DNA of 64,000 bases from an uncultured Spirochaetales bacterium. Lineage in GTDB: Bacteria > Spirochaetota > Spirochaetia > CAYLLE01. Location: the NCBI GenBank assembly GCA_964384485.1, contig CAYLLE010000005.1, positions 4,258-68,257 of the forward strand. Reading direction: 5' to 3'. The position numbers and the translations under genes are program-made. Under the pieces are notes generated by a model, which was not told the DNA's origin, did no database searches, and worked only from the letters and a program-made list of their open reading frames with translations. Position 1 is the first letter of the stretch. Each line of letters starts with the position of its first letter. Below are positions 10,139 through 19,665 of the stretch, in pieces.

Positions 10139-10684
10139 ATGAATAATAAAGATAAAATCCGCAGCACCACAATAATCGCGGTGCGGCGGAACGGACAGGT
10201 AGCCATGGCGGGTGACGGCCAGGTAACCATGGGAAATACGGTAACGAAAGGAAATGCACGGAAAGTGCGGACCATCAATGACGGAAAGATTCTTACCGGA
10301 TTTGCCGGCGGAACAGCCGACGCTTTTACCCTTTTTGAGCTGTTCGAGGTAAAAATAAAAGAATACAGCGGAGACATCACCCGGGCTGCCGTTGAATTAG
10401 CTAAAGAGTGGAGGACCGACCGGATGCTCCGGAGGCTTGAAGCGCTGCTGCTTACCGCTGATAAGGATAAAATTTTCCTGATTTCAGGGAACGGCGACGT
10501 AGTGGAACCGGAACACGGTGTTCTTGCCATCGGTTCCGGCGGAAATTACGCGTATGCCGCTGCATTAGCGTATATGGAAGCCTCCGACCTGAGCGCCAGG
10601 GAAATCGCGGAAAAAGCCCTGGGCATCGCGGGAGAAATCTGCATCTACACGAATAATCACATACAAGTCGAGGAGATAGTATGA
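10139..10684 (+). CDS. hslV: ATP-dependent protease subunit HslV
   Basis: [38 protein letters not shown]. Confidence 0.97.
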   Translation: MNNKDKIRSTTIIAVRRNGQVAMAGDGQVTMGNTVTKGNARKVRTINDGKILTGFAGGTADAFTLFELFEVKIKEYSGDITRAAVELAKEWRTDRMLRRLEALLLTADKDKIFLISGNGDVVEPEHGVLAIGSGGNYAYAAALAYMEASDLSAREIAEKALGIAGEICIYTNNHIQVEEIV

Positions 10685-12051
10685 CCATCGATAAAGATGA
10701 ATTAACACCAAAACAGATCGTCAAAGAGCTGGACAGATATATAGTCGGACAGGAAAAAGCAAAAAAGGCGGTAGCCATTGCCCTCCGGAACAGAATGCGT
10801 CGCCGGAAACTTCCGGATGAACTTAAAGATGAAGTTGCTCCGAAAAATATAATCATGATCGGACCCACCGGAGTCGGTAAAACAGAAATCGCCCGGCGGC
10901 TCAGTAAATTGACCGGCGCTCCCTTTATAAAGGTGGAAGCCACCAAATACACCGAAGTAGGATATGTGGGCCGGGACGTGGAATCCATGGTCCGGGATCT
11001 GGTATCGGTGGCGGTGAATATGGTTAAGATCGAAATGCAGGAAGGCGTTAGGAAGGAAGCGGAAAAACAGACCGAAGAGGTGCTTTTGGATCTGCTGCTT
11101 CCCGGTTCCAACCAGAAGCCTGCTAAAAAGGGAGAGGACGTAAAAGCCCCCGCCGCGGTTCAGGAAGAAGGAACAAATCCTACCAGGGAAAAGTTCCGCG
11201 AAAAGCTCAGAAAGGGTGAACTGGACGATAAGCAGGTGGAAATCAGTGTAACCAAAAGCAATATGCCGGCCATAGAAATATTCTCCGGCAGCAGTTTTGA
11301 AGAGATGGATCTTAACTTTGGAAATCTGGGAAACATTTTCGGCGGTAAAAAAAAGAAAAAGCAGACCAATGTCAAAAATGCGAAAGAAGCCATCCTGAAT
11401 GAAGAGATGGAAAAACTGATTGATTTAGACCGGGTTTCAGAACTGGCGCGGAGCCGCGTCGAAGATATGGGAATTATATTCATCGACGAAATCGACAAGA
11501 TAGCTTCAAAGGAGAGCCGGGCAAATGTTGATGTCTCCCGGGAAGGAGTGCAGCGGGATATCCTTCCGATCGTTGAGGGGAGCAAGGTTAACACGAAACA
11601 CGGCATGGTGGATACTTCCCACATCCTGTTTATCGCGGCCGGAGCGTTCCACATGAGCAAGCCCTCCGACCTTATCCCCGAGCTGCAGGGGCGGTTTCCC
11701 CTCCGGGTTGAACTGAATGATCTGACCGAAGAAGATTTCCGGCGGATACTGGTGCAGCCTCAGAATGCCCTGATTAAGCAGTACGTGGAACTGCTTAAAA
11801 CTGAAGGGGTTTCCCTTGATTTTAAGGAAGAGTCCATACAGGCTATATCCAGTATTGCCGCTGAGGTAAACTCCAGAACCGAAAATATCGGCGCCAGACG
11901 GCTGCACACGATTATGGAACTGCTTTTGGAAGAAATATCTTTTACCGCGCCGGAGCTGGAAGGACAGGAGATTCCGATAACCCGGGAGTATGTCCGGGAA
12001 CGGCTCGCCGATGTTGTCCAGGATCAGGATCTGAGCAGATATATTCTGTAG
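10681..12051 (+). CDS. hslU: ATP-dependent protease ATPase subunit HslU
   Basis: [11 protein letters not shown], Walker [13 protein letters not shown] pore loop, FIDEIDK, ELQGRFP, NIGARRL, C-terminal DLSRYIL. Confidence 0.98.
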   Translation: MTIDKDELTPKQIVKELDRYIVGQEKAKKAVAIALRNRMRRRKLPDELKDEVAPKNIIMIGPTGVGKTEIARRLSKLTGAPFIKVEATKYTEVGYVGRDVESMVRDLVSVAVNMVKIEMQEGVRKEAEKQTEEVLLDLLLPGSNQKPAKKGEDVKAPAAVQEEGTNPTREKFREKLRKGELDDKQVEISVTKSNMPAIEIFSGSSFEEMDLNFGNLGNIFGGKKKKKQTNVKNAKEAILNEEMEKLIDLDRVSELARSRVEDMGIIFIDEIDKIASKESRANVDVSREGVQRDILPIVEGSKVNTKHGMVDTSHILFIAAGAFHMSKPSDLIPELQGRFPLRVELNDLTEEDFRRILVQPQNALIKQYVELLKTEGVSLDFKEESIQAISSIAAEVNSRTENIGARRLHTIMELLLEEISFTAPELEGQEIPITREYVRERLADVVQDQDLSRYIL

Positions 12052-12058
12052 GAGACCC

Positions 12059-12085
12059 TAATATTTTGTAAGTATTTACCGACAA
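12059..12085 (+). promoter_or_regulatory. Candidate sigma28 (FliA) promoter of the flgB operon
   Basis: TAAT-N15-ACCGACAA versus the consensus TAAA-N15-GCCGATAA, with exact spacing, in the hslU-flgB gap. Confidence 0.6.
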
Positions 12086-12119
12086 TTGAAGTAATATCAT
12101 TTGCCGGGAGGAGAACAGG

Positions 12120-12536
12120 GTGTTTATAGGAAACAGTTTCGGAAAGACCATGGATATTCTTCACAGAACCATGGACGTACAAACGATCCGGAGCGGCGTT
12201 ATTGCAAACAACATCGCGAATGCTGATACCCCGAATTTCAAGCGTACCACCGTCAATTTCGAAAGCGAGCTGGAACGCGCACTTGATTCGGAGAAAATAA
12301 GAAAACTTCCCGCCAGAATTACCAATTCCCGGCATATCCCTTTTAACCGGGTAATTGATTACCGAACCGTGCGGCCCAGGCGGGTCCTTGATTTCGCCAC
12401 CGCTACCGATAACAACGGGAATAACGTGGATCTGGAAGAGGAATCGATGCGTTATCTGAATAATCAGCTTGCCTACACCCTGGCGACCAATTCAGTAGCG
12501 AGCCTCTTTAATCAGATTAACACTGTAGTACGATAG
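12120..12536 (+). CDS. flgB: Flagellar basal-body rod protein FlgB
   Basis: IANNIANADTPNFK, DNNGNNVDLEEE; GGAGG RBS and GTG start. Confidence 0.96.
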   Translation: MFIGNSFGKTMDILHRTMDVQTIRSGVIANNIANADTPNFKRTTVNFESELERALDSEKIRKLPARITNSRHIPFNRVIDYRTVRPRRVLDFATATDNNGNNVDLEEESMRYLNNQLAYTLATNSVASLFNQINTVVR

Positions 12537-12550
12537 GAGCTTAAAGAAGT

Positions 12551-13009
12551 ATGGGACTTTTTTCGAGTATAAACATTGCAGCCACCGGACTTACCGCGCA
12601 GCGGACCCGGCTGGATGTGATTTCAAATAACATCGCAAACGTTGATACCACCAGAACCCCCGAGGGGGGACCGTTCCGGCGGAGCAGGGTTATTTTCCGT
12701 CCAGTGCAGGAACAGCCGTACTGGCGGAGCACAATTCTGCCGAATGCCCTTTACAACGGTCCCGGAGAAGGGGTCAGAATCGTGGAGGTCCAGAAAGATA
12801 CCGACGCGAAGCCGCGGCTTGTTTACGATCCCACCCATCCGGACGCGATAAAATCGGGTCCCCGGGCGGGATACGTGGAGATGCCGAATGTCAACACCGT
12901 TGAAGAAATGGTGGACATGATCTCGGCTTCAAGGTCGTATGAAGCGAATATGTCTATTATAGACGGGGCAAAGAACATGTTTATGCGTTCTTTGGAAATT
13001 GGGAGGTAA
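12551..13009 (+). CDS. flgC: Flagellar basal-body rod protein FlgC
   Basis: ISNNIANVDTT, YDPTHPDA, YVEMPNVN, RSYEAN. Confidence 0.97.
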   Translation: MGLFSSINIAATGLTAQRTRLDVISNNIANVDTTRTPEGGPFRRSRVIFRPVQEQPYWRSTILPNALYNGPGEGVRIVEVQKDTDAKPRLVYDPTHPDAIKSGPRAGYVEMPNVNTVEEMVDMISASRSYEANMSIIDGAKNMFMRSLEIGR

Positions 13010-13015
13010 TGAATT

Positions 13016-13342
13016 ATGGAAATAATGTCGCCGATGCAGGCGCGGGGTCACATGGTTAACATGAATATGACCAGACCGGGACATGTAATGGGGAGCAGAG
13101 CTCCTCAGCAGGAAAAAACCGGCACTGATTTCGCTTCTCTATTGGGAAAAGGAATCGATGCGGTAAACAATAGCCAGCAGGAATACTCCCGGGTACTCCT
13201 CAGGTCGGTTACCGATCCGGATTCTGTGGATTCCCACGATGTAACGATTGCCGCGGCCGAGGCAAATATGACCATTAATATGGCAAAAAGTATTGTCGAC
13301 CGGGTAATTAGGGCATATACTGATATTACAAACCTTAGGTAA
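13016..13342 (+). CDS. fliE: Flagellar hook-basal body protein FliE
   Basis: VDSHDVTIAAAEA and DRVIRAYTDI; follows flgC. Confidence 0.92.
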   Translation: MEIMSPMQARGHMVNMNMTRPGHVMGSRAPQQEKTGTDFASLLGKGIDAVNNSQQEYSRVLLRSVTDPDSVDSHDVTIAAAEANMTINMAKSIVDRVIRAYTDITNLR

Positions 13343-13430
13343 TATAAGGAGATTGTAAGCACCGGAAGAAATTCCGGATAAAAAATAAAAATCGGTACAC
13401 CGAAGGGCGTTCATACCAGGGGAGGGGAGC

Positions 13431-15137
13431 ATGAACGAATGGTTTAAAAGATTAATCGCTAACATAAAAAGACTGTGGGGCAACTGGTCGAATACCCAGA
13501 AGATCATCTTCTTCGGGGTATTCGGGGTTGCCCTGCTTGGTATTATTCTGCTGGTTACGTTCAGCGCCCAGCCGGGTATGGTGCCGCTTCTCTACAGGTC
13601 TATCCAGAATGAAGAAGAGCTCAACTCAATTCTGTTCCGCCTGGATGAAGAAGGGGTGGAGTACCAGGTAACCGCGGACAGCCGTATTCTGGTGCCGGAC
13701 GAGCGGGTGGCTCAGCGGATGCGGTCCGTACTCACCCGGGAAGACCTGATCCCCGCCGGGACCGATCCTTGGGAATTGTTCGATGTAGACCGGTGGACCG
13801 TCACCGATTTTGAACGGAACGTGAATCTGCAGCGGGCCATTGTCAGGGAGCTGGAACAGCATATCACCGCTCTGGACTCGGTGGACGCGGTCAGCGTGAG
13901 CCTGGCAATCCCGGAAGATGAACTTTTTGCCGAAGACCAGGATCCGGTGACCGCCTCAGTTGTCATTACCCCCGCTCCCGGTTCCGATCTCGCTGAAAAC
14001 CGGAAGACCCTGCAGGGTATTGAACGGCTTATCCAGTTTGCCGTGGAAGGGCTCCAGGCTGAGAACATCATCATCACTAATCACCAGGGAGTTCAGCTGA
14101 ACGATTTCGCCGGAATGGAAGATTTTGACCGCATCAATTTGACGAAGCGGGAGATGGCCCTGAAGCGGGAATACGAACAGGGGCTTATCCGGAACATCGA
14201 AAAAGCCCTGGGAAATATTCTGAAGCCGGACCGGGTTGTTGTCCCGAACATAAACGTCGAAATAGATATGTCCAAAGTTACCGAAGACGTGGAGGAACAT
14301 TTTCCCATCACCCTGATCGAAGACAACCCCCGGACTCCCTATAGTGAATTGGAAGTAATCCCAAATGTTCCGATCAGTGAGGAAGTCTTTGAAGAAAGCT
14401 ACGAGGGACCCGGATTTAATCCGGAGGGACCTCCGGGACAGGAGGGGCAGACTCCGCCGGCCTATCGGGATCTGGAAATGGGTACCGGAACGTATGACCG
14501 GGACAACATCATAACAAACTACGAAATAAATACCCGGCTCATCTCCCGGGTTAAGAGTCCCGTGGTCGACCGGGTCACGGTTAGTGTCGCAGTCGACGGG
14601 AAATGGAGATGGGTGTATAATGAACAAGGCGATCCTGTTGTAAATCCCGACGGATCTATAGATCGGGAATATATCCCGGTCACCGATGACCAGCTGGAAA
14701 AGTTCGAGGCTCTGGTGCGGGATGCCGTCGGTTACAGCGCCGAACGGGGTGATTCTGTGACGGTGGCCCATGTTCCGTTCGACCGGAGCGAGGAGCACGG
14801 CTTAGAGGATGAAGTATACGCCCGGCGGCAGCAGATGCAGATGATCATCCTGTACGTCCTTATCGGAGTCGCCGTCCTTCTGGTCGCCTTTATCGCGTTC
14901 CGGCTCATCTCCCGGGAAGTGGAACGGCGGCGCCGGCTCCGGGAAGAAGAACTTGCCAGGCAGCATCAGGCTATGCGTGAGGCTGCCCTCCGGAGCGCGG
15001 AAGAAGAAAGCGCCGAGGTGGCCATGTCCGTGGAAGAACGGGCACGGATGGAGATGCAGGAGAACGCGATCAATATGGCCAGGGAGCATCCCGAGGATGT
15101 GGCTCAGCTCATCCGCACCTGGCTGATGGAGGAGTAA
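13431..15137 (+). CDS. fliF: Flagellar MS-ring protein FliF
   Basis: Two TM segments, ring-building domains (ELEQHITALDSVDAVSVSLAIPE, TASVVI), C-terminal PEDVAQLIRTWL. Confidence 0.96.
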   Translation: MNEWFKRLIANIKRLWGNWSNTQKIIFFGVFGVALLGIILLVTFSAQPGMVPLLYRSIQNEEELNSILFRLDEEGVEYQVTADSRILVPDERVAQRMRSVLTREDLIPAGTDPWELFDVDRWTVTDFERNVNLQRAIVRELEQHITALDSVDAVSVSLAIPEDELFAEDQDPVTASVVITPAPGSDLAENRKTLQGIERLIQFAVEGLQAENIIITNHQGVQLNDFAGMEDFDRINLTKREMALKREYEQGLIRNIEKALGNILKPDRVVVPNINVEIDMSKVTEDVEEHFPITLIEDNPRTPYSELEVIPNVPISEEVFEESYEGPGFNPEGPPGQEGQTPPAYRDLEMGTGTYDRDNIITNYEINTRLISRVKSPVVDRVTVSVAVDGKWRWVYNEQGDPVVNPDGSIDREYIPVTDDQLEKFEALVRDAVGYSAERGDSVTVAHVPFDRSEEHGLEDEVYARRQQMQMIILYVLIGVAVLLVAFIAFRLISREVERRRRLREEELARQHQAMREAALRSAEEESAEVAMSVEERARMEMQENAINMAREHPEDVAQLIRTWLMEE

Positions 15138-15141
15138 TAAT

Positions 15142-16206
15142 ATGAACAGAGGCGGTGGATCGGGTGCCCAGGCGGCTCCCGCGGGACGCAAAAGTTCAGG
15201 ACATAGAAAAGAATTAACCGGCAGGCAGAAGGCGGCAATCTTTCTGGTAACGATCGGTTCGGAAGTATCCGCAGAAATATTCAAACACCTCCGTGAAGAC
15301 GAGATCGAATCACTCACCTTCGAAATAGCCCGGCTTGAGACCATCGATTCGGAAGAGCGGGACCGGGTGCTTACCGAGTTCCAGGAACTGATGATGGCTC
15401 AGGATTTCATTACCACCGGCGGTATCGATTACGCCCGGGAGCTCCTGGAAAAATCACTGGGATCACAAAAAGCGGTGGACATCATCAACCGGCTGACATC
15501 GAGTCTGCAGGTCAGGCCTTTCGATTTTATCCGGCGGACCGATCCGTCCCATCTGCTTAACTTCATACAGACCGAGCATCCTCAGACAATCGCGCTCATT
15601 CTGGCCTTTTTGGAGCCCCAGAAGGCGTCGGTGATTCTTTCCAGTCTGGATCATGAAATTCAGTCCAACGTATCCAAACGGATCGCGACAATGGAGCGGA
15701 CCGACCCGAATGTTCTCCGGGAAGTGGAACGGGTTCTGGAGAAGAAGCTTTCTACCCTGTCCTCGGAAGATTATACCTCCGCGGGAGGAGTGGAGAGCAT
15801 CGTGGAAATCCTCAACCTGGTGGACCGGTCCACGGAGAAGGCGATTATCGAATCCTTGGAGGAAGAAGATCCGGAACTGGCGGAAGAGATCAAGAAGCGG
15901 ATGTTCATCTTCGAAGATATTGTTATGCTGGATGACCGGGCAATTCAGAAGGTTATGCGGGAAGTTGATACCGCGGAACTCGCAAAAGCGCTCAAATCGG
16001 TTGATTCCGAGGTGCAGGACAAGATTTTCCGGAACCAGTCAAAACGCGCCGCCACACTGCTCAAAGAAGATATGGAATATATGGGACCCATCCGGATGAA
16101 GGATGTGGAAGAAGCTCAGCAGAAGATCGTTTCCATTATACGGAAACTGGAAGAGCAGGGCGAAATTGTGGTTGCCCGGACCGGAGAAGACGAACTGGTT
16201 GTCTGA
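15142..16206 (+). CDS. fliG: Flagellar motor switch protein FliG
   Basis: LTGRQKAAIFL, GGIDYA, EHPQTIALIL, MFIFED, torque helix charges. Confidence 0.98.
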   Translation: MNRGGGSGAQAAPAGRKSSGHRKELTGRQKAAIFLVTIGSEVSAEIFKHLREDEIESLTFEIARLETIDSEERDRVLTEFQELMMAQDFITTGGIDYARELLEKSLGSQKAVDIINRLTSSLQVRPFDFIRRTDPSHLLNFIQTEHPQTIALILAFLEPQKASVILSSLDHEIQSNVSKRIATMERTDPNVLREVERVLEKKLSTLSSEDYTSAGGVESIVEILNLVDRSTEKAIIESLEEEDPELAEEIKKRMFIFEDIVMLDDRAIQKVMREVDTAELAKALKSVDSEVQDKIFRNQSKRAATLLKEDMEYMGPIRMKDVEEAQQKIVSIIRKLEEQGEIVVARTGEDELVV

Positions 16207-16242
16207 TCCGGCCCGATTTCCGGAAAGGGAGGATAATAATCC

Positions 16243-17169
16243 TTGGCAAAGAATGTTTTTAGATCAAATGAAGTCAGGTATCTCAACAATAAGGTGTTTG
16301 TGAGCCCGCCTGAAAAGGCGGCTCCAACTGTCTCGGAAATTGAAGAAATTGAAGAATATTCAGGACCTACCGCGGATGATCTCCGCCGGGAAGCGGAAGA
16401 GTTTAAGGCCCGTTGGGAAAATGAGCGGGAAGCAATGATATCCGGCGCAAAAACCGAAGCGGAAACGATCATTAAAGAGGCCGAAGAAGCAGCTTTCGAG
16501 GAAGTGCAGAAACGGAACGAAGAAGCGTCTGAAACAAAGCAGAAAGCGGAGGCCGAGGCGGAACGTATTGTCGGGGAAGCCCGGGCTGAAGCAGAAAAGA
16601 TTGTAAAAGAAGCGGAAGAAAAAAAACAGCGGGAAAGCGAGGATGCGAGGGAAAACGCCCTCAAGGAAGGCCGGGAGGAAGGTTTCCGGGAGGGAAGGGA
16701 AGAGGCTGAGAGGCTGATCCAGCGTCTCCATGTCATCCTGGACAAAGCTATCCAGAGAAGGGCGGAGATCCTTGAAGAATCCGAAGCCCAGGTTGTTCAG
16801 CTGGTGCTGGCTATCGCGAAAAAAGTGGTGAAGGTCATATCGGAAAATCAGAAAAATGTCGTTCTTAACAACATTATACAGGCGCTGCGAAAACTCAAAT
16901 CAAAATCTGATATTGTCATCAGGGTAAACATCATAGACCTAAAACTCACGACACAGCACACAAAAGAGTTTATGGAACGGATCGAGAGTGTCCGGAACGT
17001 GACGGTACTTGAAGACTCCACGGTTGATCCCGGGGGATGTATCATTGAAACCGACTTCGGGCAGATCGATGCCAGAATATCTTCTCAGCTCCGGGAGATG
17101 GAGGAGCGGATCCTGGACCTGCTTCCCATCAGGATGAAGGAAGAAGAAAAACCGAATAAAGGAAGCTGA
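16243..17169 (+). CDS. fliH: Flagellar assembly protein FliH
   Basis: Charged helical N-terminus with GxxxG repeats (EGREEGFREG), C-terminal GGCIIETDFGQIDA; TTG start. Confidence 0.94.
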   Translation: MAKNVFRSNEVRYLNNKVFVSPPEKAAPTVSEIEEIEEYSGPTADDLRREAEEFKARWENEREAMISGAKTEAETIIKEAEEAAFEEVQKRNEEASETKQKAEAEAERIVGEARAEAEKIVKEAEEKKQRESEDARENALKEGREEGFREGREEAERLIQRLHVILDKAIQRRAEILEESEAQVVQLVLAIAKKVVKVISENQKNVVLNNIIQALRKLKSKSDIVIRVNIIDLKLTTQHTKEFMERIESVRNVTVLEDSTVDPGGCIIETDFGQIDARISSQLREMEERILDLLPIRMKEEEKPNKGS

Positions 17170-17171
17170 TA

Positions 17172-18497
17172 TTGAGTCTTTTAGATAAATACGTCCATCT
17201 GATAGACACCACGGAACCCATAAAATATTCCGGTTCGGTAAAGCGGGTTCAGGGGCTGCTGATCGAAAGTCTGGGACCTCAGGCGGAGGTCGGAGAACTC
17301 TGCAGAATCGAGACGAAAAACGGTGATGTGTTGGGTGAAGTGGTGGGCCTTAAAGGCAGTACCGTACAGCTTATGCCCTTTACCGAAACTGCCGGTATAG
17401 AAGTGGGCTGCCAGGTAACGGCCACGGGAGACTGCCTCTCCGTGCCGGTTTCGGAAGCTCTTCTGGGCCGGGTTCTGGACGGTATGGGAAAACCTATAGA
17501 CGGAAAGCCGGACATTTTTCCGGAGAACACCTATCCGTGTATGAGTAATCCCCCCCGGGTACTGGACCGGCACCCGATCAGGGAACAGATTGTTACCGGC
17601 GTCCGGGCTCTGGATGTGCTTAACGCGGTGGGGAAGGGACAGCGTCTCGGGATTTTCTCGGGGAGCGGAGTCGGTAAATCCACCCTCCTGGGTATGATCG
17701 CCCGGAATACTTCGGCCGACATGAACGTGATCGCGATGATCGGTGAACGGGGACGGGAGGTGCGTGAATTTATCGAAAACGATCTTGGACCGGAAGGTTT
17801 GGCAAAATCGGTGGTAATCGTTTCAACCTCCAACAGTCCCCCCCTCTCCCGACTCCGGGGCGCCTTTGTCGCGACGGCAGTGGCTGAATATTTCAGGGAT
17901 CAGGGAAAAGATGTAATGCTCCTCTTTGATTCGGTGACCCGGTTTGCCTGGGCACAGCGTGAAATCGGTCTGGCCATCGGTGAACCACCGGCGACCAGGG
18001 GATTCACCCCGTCCGTTTTTTCCATCCTGCCTAAACTCCTGGAACGGAGCGGGACTTCGGCAAACGGAACGATTACCGGGTTTTATTCCATTCTCGTCGA
18101 AGGCGATGACATGAACGAACCTGTCTCAGACGCGGTTCGGGGAATCCTTGACGGCCATCTCGTCCTGAGCCGGAGATTGGCCCAGCGGTACCATTATCCT
18201 GCTATCGATATCCTTTCCTCTCTTTCTCGGCTTGCCAATAAGATCTGCAGCCCCGAAATACTCCGGGCAGCGTCATACATAAGGCGGCTCATGGCGGTAT
18301 ATGCCGAATCCGAAGACCTGATAAACGTCGGTGCTTATGTGAAGGGCAGTAATAAAGAGATAGATACCGCGATTGATAAAATAAATTATATAAACCAGTT
18401 CTTACGTCAGGAAATTACCGAAAAAGCAGCGTTGGAAGATTCCAATAACCAGGCCCTTGCACTTACCGATCAGGAAGAACGTCCTCAGGAATCATAA
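17172..18497 (+). CDS. fliI: Flagellum-specific ATPase FliI
   Basis: Walker A GSGVGKS, GERGREV, Walker B LLFDSVTRFA, YPAID. Confidence 0.98.
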   Translation: MSLLDKYVHLIDTTEPIKYSGSVKRVQGLLIESLGPQAEVGELCRIETKNGDVLGEVVGLKGSTVQLMPFTETAGIEVGCQVTATGDCLSVPVSEALLGRVLDGMGKPIDGKPDIFPENTYPCMSNPPRVLDRHPIREQIVTGVRALDVLNAVGKGQRLGIFSGSGVGKSTLLGMIARNTSADMNVIAMIGERGREVREFIENDLGPEGLAKSVVIVSTSNSPPLSRLRGAFVATAVAEYFRDQGKDVMLLFDSVTRFAWAQREIGLAIGEPPATRGFTPSVFSILPKLLERSGTSANGTITGFYSILVEGDDMNEPVSDAVRGILDGHLVLSRRLAQRYHYPAIDILSSLSRLANKICSPEILRAASYIRRLMAVYAESEDLINVGAYVKGSNKEIDTAIDKINYINQFLRQEITEKAALEDSNNQALALTDQEERPQES

Positions 18498-18555
18498 TAA
18501 TTCCGCGGCAGGACCCGCTGATTTTCCGGGACGTAAACTATGACGGGAGGGGAAA

Positions 18556-19029
18556 ATGAGGAGATTCCGGTTCAAACTGGAAAAAGTTCTTGAGCTGCGT
18601 AAAAATACCGAACGGGAGTGGGAACTCAAGCTTGCCCGTATTTCCGGTATATGCATCAATCTAAAATCTAAAATAGAAGCTCTCACGGAAGAGAAATCCC
18701 GGATCAGCGCCATGAAAGTGGAAACCGGGGATGACGGCGCTCTGCTGCTCGATATGTCCGGACGGAAGGCCCGGGAAAACTACGTTTCCCGTCTCACCCT
18801 GGAGATTGGAAAGCTTAACCGGGAACTGGAAGCTCGGGAAAAAGAGCGGAGTGAAATTAAAGACGGATACCTTAAAGCTTCCCGGGAGCGGAAAGTGCTC
18901 GATAAACTTAAAGAGAAAAAAGCCGATGATTATTATAAGGAACAGCTGGGTGAGGAACAGTCTGTAACTGACGATGTTGCTTCCCGGATGTCGGTGAGAA
19001 ATGGAGAGCAGGACAATGAAGAATCCTAA
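18556..19029 (+). CDS. fliJ: Flagellar export protein FliJ
   Basis: MRRFRFKLEKVLELR start, coiled coil, EQSVTDD end; follows fliI. Confidence 0.9.
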   Translation: MRRFRFKLEKVLELRKNTEREWELKLARISGICINLKSKIEALTEEKSRISAMKVETGDDGALLLDMSGRKARENYVSRLTLEIGKLNRELEAREKERSEIKDGYLKASRERKVLDKLKEKKADDYYKEQLGEEQSVTDDVASRMSVRNGEQDNEES

Positions 19030-19648
19030 AATAACCCCCAAGGTCGGTGCCGCTCCCAGGATAATACTGTTGATTCTCCTGCTCCTTGTACTTTTTTCAG
19101 GGGGACTGCTTTGGTTTGACTATCTTGGGATCCTGAACATCCGGGACAGGTTCGGTCCTGTACTAAACTTTCTCGGTTTGGAACGGCGGCCTGCCCTGGA
19201 GGCGGGAGCTGATCCGCTTCTCCTGGAAGGTGAACGGCTTGCAAAACTGGAGGAAGCTCTGGAGATCCGGGCTCAAAACCTTGATGAGCGTGAACAGGCT
19301 CTGCAGCAGCAGGAAGAGAATTTTCAGCAGAAGCTCGGGGAACTTGAAGAACTTGAAGAATCGCTTAACGAGCGGATAAGTACATTCGAGGCCCGTTTGG
19401 AAACATATAATGATGAACGTGCTAACCTTCAAAGGATTTCTGCCGATCTAGTAGGTATGAGGCCGGAAGAAGCGGTTGAAATTCTCTCCGGTTATGATGA
19501 TCAGCTTCTAATTGATGTACTTCGGGTTACCGAAGAAGTCGCTGAAGAAGCGGGAGAGCTTTCGATGGTTTCGGTTTGGCTTTCCCGAATGGATCCGGTA
19601 CGTGTCGCGGAGATCCAGCGCAAGATGGTGATAAAACCGAACGGTTAA
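19016..19648 (+). CDS. flbB: Periplasmic-flagellum collar protein FlbB (YlxF/MotE-like)
   Basis: N-terminal TM helix, coiled coil, MgtE_N-like GMRPEEAVEIL. Lies between fliJ and fliK. Confidence 0.72.
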   Translation: MKNPKITPKVGAAPRIILLILLLLVLFSGGLLWFDYLGILNIRDRFGPVLNFLGLERRPALEAGADPLLLEGERLAKLEEALEIRAQNLDEREQALQQQEENFQQKLGELEELEESLNERISTFEARLETYNDERANLQRISADLVGMRPEEAVEILSGYDDQLLIDVLRVTEEVAEEAGELSMVSVWLSRMDPVRVAEIQRKMVIKPNG

Positions 19649-19665
19649 TCTTGGAGGAAACGCAG

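Noticed and set aside
13379-13405. Possible sigma28 promoter before fliF
   Set aside because: TAAA to CCGAAG spacing is off and the -10 match is poor.
13956-14798. Long antisense ORFs (this one, 37834-38625 and many others)
   Set aside because: They shadow well-supported genes, have no recognisable motifs, and are expected from codon bias.
19576-19665. Longer fliK start
   Set aside because: It overlaps flbB; TTG 19666 has a correctly spaced GGAGG.
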